From positions 401,884,001-401,948,000 of the forward strand of contig NC_091283.1 of NCBI RefSeq assembly GCF_032444005.1: a DNA stretch of 64,000 nucleotides, given 5' to 3'. Under the pieces are notes generated by a model. That model did no database searches. It worked only from the letters and a program-made list of their open reading frames with translations, and was not told the origin of the DNA. Within the stretch, counting starts at the first letter, position 1. Every line of letters starts with the position of its first letter. The position numbers were made by a program, and so were the translations under genes. Below, in pieces: positions 49,990 through 60,961 of this stretch. The DNA is from Ranitomeya imitator (Eukaryota).

Positions 49990-50330
49990 GGTCATATCAA
50001 CCAGATTCGAAGTTCTAGGCCAAATCTTGTGTAACAAATATAATGAAAAAAGGACTTTCATGGTACAAACACAATGAGTTCAAGTATATCAGAAAATTTG
50101 TCAATGCAATAACCATATCGGCAGTCATGGTCTTTAATCATGATTACTTCATACAAAAAGTTAGACAAATTTCGGGTTCTTGCAGTCAAAATTGTTGGGA
50201 TGTCAGCTATTACTTCATATTCAGTACGTGCTCGGCTTGTGTTTTCAATGGGAAGAGGAGAAGAAGCCATATCCCGACCCTTCCCATGGTGATTATTATC
50301 TCCAGCAAGAACAAGGAAACAGACAGGGTG
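49990..50330 (+). pseudogene. Highly degenerate L1-type RT fragment
   Basis: GDYYLQQEQGNRQG resembles the RT motif GTRQG; otherwise weak. Confidence 0.35.
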
Positions 50331-50899
50331 AAATTCAACATACCCAATTCTTTTTTTCACCCAACAACTACTACTGGGAGAGAGTTGAGACACCTCTATA
50401 CACATTAGTAGGCGAGATTGACTGAGTGACCCAAAAGAAGAAATTTGGGCAAGTAGCTACTAAAACAACTCAATTCTTAGCTATAAATTGGAATCATCCC
50501 TGGAAAATGATAGAGGTTCCCAATCTTTTTACCATGGTAAATTCTTTGTCTTCTCATGGAACCTGTCATCTTAAGTCAAGCAGACTAGGTCTTCAAGGGT
50601 GGGCAAAGCATTCAATAATTACCATTGTGGAATTTTCAGTAATCAACCCTTGTCTTCTCAATAACCCTTGAAGAAGTTCTAGGAAACTTCAAGTTTCTAA
50701 AAACCAAAACCCTAGTTGGGTAACATTGATGGATGGAAAAAAGTTTCCCTAGAGGGGAAATCGACTGCTAAACAAAGGTAGGACTTCAAATAAAAGCTTC
50801 TGAAATGACCATGTTCCCGGGTACAGGGATGAATTGAAATAGCCAAAATTAGGGAATCTTCCAGGAAAAAAAAGATGCAACAGGATTGTAACTCTACAG

Positions 50900-53428
50900 A
50901 GCTTTGGAATCTCTTGCCCCTCTCACACATACCAAAGCTCGCAAAATCAACAGACAGCCCTGGCACACCAGCCTGACCAAAGAACTGAGGTGAGCTTCCA
51001 GGGCTGCTGAGCTCAGATGGGAAATATCCCACTCCAATGAGCACTTCATCGCATTCAAACAGTCCCTCACTACTTTCAAGACCACACTCGCCACAGCGAA
51101 ACAAACCTACTTCTCATCTCTTATATCCTCCCTGTCTCACAACCCTAAGTCTAGGTTCACACTTGCGTTGTGCAGTCCGTTCAACAAATCCGTTAAACGG
51201 ACTGCACTAACGCAAGTGCCGACTTTGGCTCTGCGCTAGCGCAGATGGAGCATCTGCTAGCTCCATCTGCGCTAGCAGTGCGCTACTGGTGACGGACCCG
51301 GAAACGCTGCAGCCCGCATCACTCAATGACGGCACATCGCTAGCGCACGCCCATTGTGGGTGTGCGCTAGCGATGCGTTCGCCATTGCAAGTAATGGTGG
51401 CGTTAACGGACTACGTTACACCGTGTTATGCCGCGGTGTAACGTAGTCCGTTAAACGGGTTCACACAACGCAGTGTGAACCCAGCCTAAACAGTTATTCA
51501 ACACCTTCAATTATCCTCCGTCCCCCAGCACCTCCTCCCTCCCCACTCATCTCAGAACATCAGAGATAGTTTTAGTGGACAACCCCCAGAGCCCTTCCTC
51601 CCAATAGCCCAGCCCTCTACCTCCAAAACCAACTTCTCCACCAGTACAGAAGATCGACTCTCCACTCTACTCTCAAGATCGCATCTCACCACATGTGCAC
51701 TTCACCCGATCCCATCTCACTTCATCCCAAACCTCGCCACAGTCATCATCCCAACCCTAACCGATCTGTTCAACCTATCACTAACAACTGGTGTTTTCCC
51801 CTCAAGCTTTAAACATGCCTCAATCACACCTATCCTCAAAAAGCCCTCTCTTGACCCATCCTCTGTATCTAGCTATCGCCCTATATCACTTCTCCCCTAT
51901 GCCTCAAAACTACTGGAACAACACGTCCATCTTGAACTGGTCTCCTATCTCTCTTCCTGCTCCCTCTTCGACCGCTTATAATCTGGCTTCCGGTCACACC
52001 ACTCCACTGAAACTGCCCTAACTAAGGTCACCAATGACCTATTAACCGCCAAGAGCAAGCAACACTACTCTGTCCTCCTCATGGACCTGTCCTTTGACAC
52101 GGTGGACCATTCCCTATTACTACATTCCCTCTCATCCCTTGGCATCACAGACTTGGCCCTATCCTGGATTTCGTCATACCTAACAGACCGGATATTCAGT
52201 GTCTCCCACTCGCATACCACCTCTTCACCTCGCCCCCTATCTGTCGGAGTCCCGCAAGGTTCAGTTATAGGGCCCCTGCTCTTCTCTATTTACACCTTTG
52301 GCCTGGGACAGCTCATAGAATCTCACGGTTTTCAGTATCATCTCTATGCTGGCGACACGCAGATCTACATCTCTGGACCAGATATTACCAGATATTACCT
52401 ACTAACCAGAATCCCTCAATGTCTGTCTGCTATTTCATCCTTCTCCTCTGCTAGATTTCTAAAACTTAACATGAACAATACAGAATTCATCATCTTTCCA
52501 CCATCTCACGTTACCCCCCCCCCCCCCCAACAAACCTATCCATTACAGTAAACGGCTGCCTACTCTCCCCAGTCCCACAAGCTCGCTGTCTCGGGGTAAT
52601 CCTTGACACTGATCTCTCCTTTAAACCACATATCCAAGCCCTTTCCACTTCTTGCCACCTTCAACTCAAAAATATTTCACGGATCTATACATTCCTAAAC
52701 CAAGAATCTGCAAAAACCCTAGTTCATGCCCTCATCATCTCCCGCCTTGACTACTGTAACCTCCTACTTTGTGGCCTCCCCTCTAACACTCTCACACCCC
52801 TCCAATCTATTCTAAACTCTGCTGCCCGACTAATCCACCTGTCCCCCCGCTATTCCCTGGCCTCTCCCCTCTGTCAATCCCTTCACTGGCTCCCCATTGC
52901 CCAGAGACTGCAGTACAAAACCCTAACCATGACGTACAAAGCCATCCACAACCTGTCTCCTCCACACATCTGTGTCTTCCGGTACTTTCCTGCACGCAAC
53001 CTCCGATCCTCACAAGATCTTCTTCTCTACTCCCCTCTTATCTCCTCTTCCCACAATTGCATAAAAGATTTCTCTCGCGCATCACCCCTACTCTGGAACT
53101 CTCTACCACAACATATCAGACTCTCACCTACCATCGAAACCTTCAAAAAGAACCTGAAGACCCACCTCTTCCGACAAGCCTACAACCTTCAGTAACCACC
53201 AATCGACCAAACCGCTGCATGACCAGTTCTATCCTCGCCTACTGTATCCTCACCCATCCCTTGTAGCTTGTGAGCCCTCGCAGGCAGGGTCCTCTCTCCT
53301 CCTGTACCAGTTGTGACCTGTATTGTTTAAGATTATTGTACTTGTTTTTATTATGTATACCCCTCCTCACATGTAAAGCGCCATGGAATAAATGGCGCTA
53401 TAATAATAAATAATAATAGTAATAATAA
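50900..53428 (+). mobile_element. 5'-truncated L2 LINE with a Harbinger MITE at 51149..51486
   Basis: [39 protein letters not shown], 3' hairpin and (TAA)n; the MITE is flanked by TAA. Confidence 0.92.
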
Positions 53429-53454
53429 AAAATATACAGCGATGATTAATTTAC

Positions 53455-53520
53455 CTGTGTAATCTGCAGCGACTCCTTTGCTCTATTGTGACAGCTCTGA
53501 CTGTTGTCGATTCTGGATTT
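53455..53520 (-). other. Candidate non-coding first exon of aqp8
   Basis: Donor CAG|GTAAAT at 53455/53454 in a non-repeat island; HNF4-type CAAAGTTCA at 53535..53543; an unexplained acceptor precedes the aqp8 ATG exon at 47584. No transcript evidence. Confidence 0.3.
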
Positions 53521-53744
53521 TGAGTTTGATTTTCCAAAGTTCAACACCAAGTTAAAGGACAATGACCTCAAAAGCATCCAGACTTGAAAAAGACCTCAGA
53601 AAAATAATTCATTATTTGTTTTCCACTTTGACATCAGTTGAGAAACGTAAGATGGCACTGGTTGGTGAACCCTGTATATCGGCAGCAATATTATTTAGTA
53701 TTTATTTATGCACTTCCACCTCTGCAGTCAAGTATGGAAAATGA

Positions 53745-55102
53745 TAGTAGTTATGTTCTTGTACATAGTGGCAGTATTATAGTAGCTATATTTTTGTACA
53801 TAGGGGGCAGTATTATAGTAGTTATGTTCTTGTACATAGTGGCAGTATTATAGTAGTTATATTCTTGCACATAGGGGCAGTATTATAGTAGTTATATTTT
53901 TGTATATAGGAGCAGTATTATAGCAGTTATATTCGTGTATATAGGGGCAGTATTATAGTAGTTATATTCTTGTACATAGGGGCAGTATTATAGTAGTTAT
54001 ATTTTTGTACATAGGGACAGTATTATAGTAGTTAGATTCTTATACATATGTATTTTATACTTTGACAATGAAAATGTTGATTTTAAATGTTTATTTTTTA
54101 ACATACAAGTGTCCACATTATTTTGATTATATGAAAATAGCTACCAATGAAAGTCTTGGAGAAGACTATTTAACCTATGATTTTGCCCTAAATTTAGATA
54201 ATGACTAAGACCCAAGGTCGAAACGCGTTGATCGTTTCCAGGCTCTGAGCCAGTGTGTATACAGTGCTTGACACCGTATGTATAGATTATTTTAACTAAT
54301 GTTCATTAAAAATTAATTCTTACCTTCACCACTCACAGGACACAGCTGTTTTTTTTCGATTCATTACAGTTGCTTCGCCCTGGTCCGTGCAAGGTGTCGG
54401 TGAATAGGCAGGAGGTCAAGCCACAAGGAAATGGTGAGCTGACTCTTTTTTTTTATGATTTCAGTATTATAGGAGTTATATACTTGTACATAGAAGCAGC
54501 ATTATAGTAGTTATATTCTTGTATATAGGGGGCAGTATTATATTAGTTATATTCTTGTACACAGGGGCAGTATTACAGTATACTCTTGTACATGGGATCA
54601 GTATTATAGTAGTTATATTCTTGTACATGGGAGAAGTATTATAGTAGTTATATTCTTGTACATAGGGGCAGTATTATAGTAGTTATATTCTTGTATATAG
54701 GGGGCAGTATTATATTAGTTATATTCTTGTACACAGGGGCAGTATTACAGTATACTCTTGTACATGGGAGCAGTATTATAGTAGTTATATTCTGGTGCAT
54801 GGGGCAGTATTACAGTAGTTATATTCTTGTACATAAGGGGCAGTATTATAGTAGTTATATTCTTGTACATATAAGCAGTGTTATAGTAGTTATATTCTTG
54901 TACATACAGGGCAGTATTATAGTAGTTATATTCTTCTACATAGGGGTAGTATTATAGTAGGTATATTCTTGTACATAGGGGACAGTATTATAGTTGCTAT
55001 ATTCTTCTACATAGAGGCAGTATTATAGTAGTTATATTCTTGTACGTACAGGGCAGTATTATAGTAGTTATATTCTTGTACAGGGAAGTATTATAGTAGT
55101 TA
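53745..55102. repeat. Satellite with a 33-34-bp unit
   Basis: GGGGCAGTATTATAGTAGTTATATTCTTGTACATA repeated; interrupted at about 54045..54460. Confidence 0.95.
54197..54233 (+). ncRNA. Hammerhead motif with A3-U8 core inside a short Penelope-like insert
   Basis: GAT-A-ATGACTAA-GAC(CCAAG)GTC-GAAAC-GC-GTT-G-ATC; palindromic AACGCGTT stem III; stem I is weak. Confidence 0.6.
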
Positions 55103-55879
55103 TTATTATTATTTATATAGCACCATTGATTCCATGGTGCTGTACATGAGAGGGGGTTACATACAAATTACAGATATCACTTACAGTAAGCAAACTAACA
55201 ATTACAGACTGATACAGAGGGGCGAGGACCCTGCCCTTGCTGGCTTACATTCTACAGGATGGTGGGGAAGGAGATGTAGCGCCCCCAAGGGCTAGGGGGT
55301 ACTCGGTACCTGGTCCTTTGGTTCTCAATGGGGATGTCACGAGGGCTGACCCGGTCCGTGGCCCTCGGGAGGTTCGTTGTAAAAGGGGGAAAGGTCTTTA
55401 ACCCCTTAGTGACCGAGCCAATTTGGTACTTAATGACCGAGCCAATTTTTACAATTCTAACCACTGTCACATTATGAGGTTATAACTCTGGAACGCTTTA
55501 ACGGATCCCACTGATTCTGAGATTGTTTTTTCGCGACATATTGTACTTCATGTTAGTGGTAACATTTCTTCGATATTACTTGTGATTATTTATGAAAAAA
55601 AAACGGAAATATGGCAAAAAATTTTTACATTTTGCAATTTTCAAACTTTGTATTATTATGCCCTCAAATCAGAGAGATATGTCACAAAAAAATAGTTAAT
55701 AAATGACATTTCCCACATGTCTACTTTACATCAGCACAATTTTGGAACCAAATTTTTTTTTTTGTTAGGGAGTTATAAGGGTTAAAAGTTGACCAGCAAT
55801 TTCTCATTTTTACACCATTTTTTTTAGGGACCACATCACATTTGAAGTCATTTTGAGGGGTCTATATGATAGAAAATAA

Positions 55880-57420
55880 CCAAGTGTGACACCATTCTAA
55901 AAACTGCACACCTCAAGGTTCTCAAAACCACATTCAAGAAGTTTATTAACCCTTTACGTGCTTCACAGGAACTGAAACAATGTGGAAGGAAAAAATGAAC
56001 ATTTAACTTTTTTTTGCAAACATTTTACTTCAGAACCATTTTTTTTATTTTCACAAGTGTAAAAACAGAAATTAAACCATAAATTTTGTTGTACAATTTC
56101 TCCTGAATACGCAGATACCACATATGTGGGGGTAAACCACTGTTTCTGCGCACCGCAGAGCTTGGAAGTGAAGGAGCGCCGTTTGACTTTTTCAATGCAG
56201 GATTGGCTGGAATTGAGATCAGACGTCATGTCGCATTTGGAGAGCTCCTGATGTGCCTAAACAGTGGAAACCTCCCACAAGTGACCCCATTTTGGAAACT
56301 AGACCCCCATGGAACTTATCTAGATGTGTGGTGAGAACTTTGAATGCCCAAGTGCTTCACAGAAGTTTATAATGCAGAGTCGTGAAAATAAAAAATATAT
56401 TTGTTTTCCACAAAAAAAGATTTTTCAGCCCCCAAGTTTTTATTTTCACAAGGGTAACAAGAGAAATTGGACCCCAAATTTTCCAAGTTGTCCTGAGTAT
56501 GCTGGTACTCCATATGTGGGGGTAAACCACTGTTTGAGCGCACGGCAGAGCTCGGAAGGAAGGAGCGCCGTTTTGGAATGCAGACTTTGATAGAATGGTT
56601 TGTGGGCGTTTTCTTGCGTTTGCAGAGCCCCTGATGTACCTAAACAGTAGAAACCCCCCACAAGTGACCCAATTTTGGAAACTAGACCCCCATGGAACTT
56701 ATCTAGATGTGTGGTGAGAACTTTGAATGCCCAAGTGCTTCACAGAAGTTTATAATGCAGAGTCGTGAAAATAAAAAATATTTTTTTTCCACAAAAAAGA
56801 TATTGTAGCTTCCAAGTTTTTATTTTCACAAGGGTAACAGGAGAAATTGGACCGAAAAGTTGTTGTCCAATTTATCCTGAGTACGCTGATGCCCCATATG
56901 TGGGGGTAAACCACTGTTTGGGCGCATGGCAGAGCTCGGAAGGGAAGGAGCGCCGTTTTGGAATGCAAACTTTGATAGAATGGTCTGTGGGTGTTATGTT
57001 GCGTTTGCAGAGCCCCTGATGTACCTAAACAGTAGTAACCCCCCACAAGTGACCCCATTTTGGAAACTAGACCCCCCCAAGGAACTTATCTAGATGTGTG
57101 GTGAGAACTTTGAATGCCCAAGTGCTTCACAGAAGTTTATAATGCAGAGTCGTGAAAACAAAAAAATATTTTTTTTTCCACAAAAAAATTTTTGTAGCCC
57201 CCAAGTTTTTATTTTCACAAGGGTAACAGGAGAAATTGGACACCAAAAGTTGTTGTCCAATTTATCCCGAGTACGCTGATGCCCCATAGGTGGGGGTAAA
57301 CCACTGTTTGGGTGCATGGCAGAGCTCAGAAGGGAGTGAGCATCATTTGACTTTTTGAGCGCAAAATTGGCTGTCGTGTTTGGAGACCCCCTGATGTATC
57401 TAAACAGTGGAAACCCCCCA
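55880..57420. repeat. Tandem repeat of about 385 bp, about 4 copies
   Basis: GTGACCC.ATTTTGGAAACTAGACCCCC at 56281, 56664, 57049. Confidence 0.9.
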
Positions 57421-58428
57421 ATTCTAACTCCAACCCTAACCCCAACACACCCCTAACCCTAATCCCAACCCGATCCATAATCCTAATCACAACCCTAATG
57501 ATAATCACAACCCTAACCGCAAAACAACCCTAATGTCAACCCTAACCATAACCCTAATCAAAACCCCAAATCCAACACACCCCTAATCCTAATCTCAACC
57601 CTAACCTCAAACCTAACACTAATCCCAATACACCCCTACTCCCAACCCTAACCTTAACCCTAATCCCAAACCTAACCCTTATCCCAAGCGTAACCCTAAT
57701 GCCAACCCTAACCCTAATACCAACCCTAATCCAAACCCTAACCCTAATCCCAACTCTAACCCTAACTTTAGCCGCAAACCTAGCCCTAACTTTAGCCCCA
57801 ACCCTAACCCTAGGCCTAACTTTAGCCCCAACCCTAACCCTAGCCATAAGGCTACTTTCACACTTGTGTCGTGTGGCATCCGTCGCAATCCGTCGTTTTG
57901 GACAAAAAACGGATCCGGCAAATGTGCCCGCAGAATGCGTTTTTTGCCCATAGACTTGTATTGCCGACGGATCGCGATGGATGGCCACACGTCGCGTCCG
58001 TCGTGCACTGGATCAGTTGTGTTTTGGCGGACCGTCGGCACAAAAAAACGTTCAATGTAACGTTTTTTTGTACGTCGCGTCCGCCATTTCCGACCGCGCA
58101 TGTGTGGCCGTAACTCCGCTCCCTCCTCCCCAGGACATAGACTGGGCAGCGGATGCGTTGAAAAACTGCATCCGCTGCCCACGTTGTGCACAATTTTTAC
58201 AACGTGTGTGGGTACGTCGGGCCAACGCATTGCAACGGCCCCGTACCGACGCAAGTGTGAAAGAAGCCTAACCCTAAATTTAGCCCCATCCCTAACCCTA
58301 TATTTAGCTCCAATCCTAACCCTATATTTAGCCCCAACCCTAAATTTAGCCCCAACCCTAACCCTAACCCTAAATTTAGCCCCAACCCTAACCCTAAATT
58401 TAGCCCCAACCCTAAATTTAGCCCCAAC
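57421..58428 (+). repeat. Degenerate telomere-like (CCCTAA)n tract interrupted by a Harbinger MITE (57850..58268)
   Basis: AACCCTAACCCTAATCCC variants; the MITE is flanked by TAA. Confidence 0.85.
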
Positions 58429-60943
58429 TACTCCACCTGCTGGCCGGCAGAATATGGCGGGCGCACTGCTCATGCGCCCGCCATTTTCTTTCCGGATGAA
58501 GAAGCTGGCGGCCAGGAGAAGAAGCAGGAGGACCCAGGGACACCGGTAAGTATAGCAGGGTCCCCGAATCCCCCCTATTTCTCTGTCCTCTGATGTGCGA
58601 TCACATCAGAGGACAGAGAATGAAAGATCGCTTTTTTTTTTTTTTTTGCGATCGCCGGTAAACAGTTAATTACAGTTAATTACCGGTAAAAACCAACCCC
58701 GATCATGTTCTTCTACCCCCGGCAGCCGAGACCCCAAAGATTTTCCGGGTGCCGGCCGGCGGGCGCACTGCGCATGCGCCCGCCATTTTTGTAGCCAGAA
58801 CAAGATGGCGACCCCCATCGGGAGCCACGAGGAGCACCGGGGGAGACAGGTGAGTATCGAGGGGCTATTGGGGACCCCATTTCTCTGTCCTCTGATGTGC
58901 GATCACATCGGAGGACAGAGAAATTAAATGGGAAATTGCGTTTTGTTTTTTTGCGATCGCCGGTAAACGGTTAATTACCAGCGATCGCAACCCGGGGGTC
59001 GGTAAAAAAACCCCGAATCATGTTCTCTGGAATCTCGGCTACCCCTGGCAACCGAGACCCCAGAGAAAATCCAACTCTGGGGGGCGCTATTCACTTTTTC
59101 CAGAGCGCCGTTAATTAACGGCGCTGTGGTTTAAGTACCCTTAACTGCCGCCGATAAAAGGCGTATCGGCGGTCGTTAAGGGGTTAAAGGAATAATGTTC
59201 GTGATGCCACCTGTGGTATTTGGTCAGAGTGACCGACGCTGCTTAGGGGTCCGCTGGGGTGATGTTATGGCAGCTAGATGGTATACCTTCCCACAGGTGA
59301 AGTGTGTCCCCAGGGCTTCCCAGTGTGTAGATGGTGGATGGTGTAAGGCGCAGTGAAGAATGAGGACACAAGGTTGCAGTCTCTTTACCTTTACTGAAGG
59401 CTTCAGCATCCACAGTCCAGAGCACCAGATCACAGGGCAAGCAGAGTCCGGCCGGTCTGAAGGCAAATCCAGAGTCCCCTTATCCAGGTGGAAATCAATA
59501 ACCTTCCTCTAGCGCCTGGGTGTTGTAGTACTTTACTGCTGAGCTTCTCATAAGGTCCTCACAACTGTGTTAGATGTTCTAGATGTTGTGTCTCTCTCTG
59601 TCCCCCAGATGGATAGGACAAACCCGTATGACTGGTGGCCTGAGGCTTTTTACAGAAACGCGTCAAAAACGCATGAAAAAATGCGAAAAAAACCACATGT
59701 GGATTTCTGGCAGAAATGTCAGGTTTTTGTCAGGAAAATTTCTGCCAGAAAACCTGACGTGTGCACATAGCCTTACAGGTATACTATCTATTAAGTGCAA
59801 TGGCAAACATTTTATCTTTATTCAAGTGCAAACAATTATTCTTTCCTAAGTGCAAAGTTTTTAACTAACTAACTAACCCCCACGGGTTCACTTTATTGAA
59901 ATGCAGTCTACCAGCAGTCTATCAGCCGCCACGGGCTCACTGCATTTTTTTTCAATTTTATTCAAAGTACATTATATTAGTTTATCTAACTCTTAACTCT
60001 ATACTGTTAACTACATTCTATCGACTATGAAAAACACAATGCTATCTAACTACTCAATTCTTTCAAACATTATCACTTTAAGTAAAGTGCAACAAGTAAA
60101 CATTCCCTTCAAGGGCAAACTCAGTCTTTTCTGAGTGCAAAGTATCAATCACATCATCAATATTCAAGTCAATTGAGCACCAATGGTGATGTGATGCAAG
60201 GGACCCGTGACGAACCCCCAACGTTGGACTTGGGTGGGCTACAAGACCTGTATTCTGACCCGGAATTCTGCCACACCAACGGGTTTTTCTTCAGGTCCTA
60301 GAAAGCAAAGCAATTCTTTACAACAAGATTAACAGCAGTTTCTGTTAGAGGCAGTCTGTGTAAAAGCCTCCTTTGTAAAAGCAGTAGGAAGCACCCTTAA
60401 GAAGGTGCCAACTATTTACAATGGACAGTTTCTGATCATGCGCAGTTCATGATTCACAGTTCTTTAAGGCAACAATGAACTTTGTGCAAATTGAGGATCC
60501 CTTTAAGCATGGGACCTCTTTAAGAAATAACCCTGGACGGGTTTAAAGTAGAAAAAGGAAAGTTTAGTAACTATTTCCAGTCACATTCTTTCTTTTACTT
60601 TCCCTTATGCTTGGTGGGCCAGGGGCCACTGTCTCTCCATATCAGAGTCATGGTCCCAGGGAACCAGGCAATGGCCCAATCAGATCGGAGGGCTGATGGT
60701 GCTGAGAGCAGGCCTACCAGTGACTCATCGGCCTGCAGTGTGGCACAGTCAGGGGCCGTGGTAAGATCGCCCACGATGTCACGCCCTTCTTCTCCTGCGC
60801 TCTTCGTGGTGCTGTTATGACGGCAGTTTTGACAGGAATTTTGGCGGTCTTTTGCAATACACAGTCCTTTAGTAAATCACAGCTCAAGCACAATTCTGGC
60901 ACAGTTCTTAGGCGCACATGACCCGATTTTCAGGCTTAAGTAG

Positions 60944-60961
60944 ATACTGTTCGTGACGCCA
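60944..60961 (-). promoter_or_regulatory. Primer-binding site, tRNA-Ser(CGA)
   Basis: Minus strand TGGCGTCACGAACAGTAT; complementary to the 3' end of vertebrate tRNA-Ser(CGA), ATCCTGTTCGTGACGCCA (recalled from memory, needs a database check). Confidence 0.75.

Larger units (their letters stand above)
55402..59183. mobile_element. 3.8-kb piggyBac-like non-autonomous element
   Basis: TTAA at 55398..55401 and 59184..59187; TIRs CCCCTTAGTGACCG / CGGTCGTTAAGGGG; the host LTR rejoins across it. Confidence 0.88.

Noticed and set aside
57554-58549. Leu-Gly and Val-Arg repeat ORFs (up to 264 aa)
   Set aside because: Translations of the CCCTAA-like tract and a palindromic MITE.
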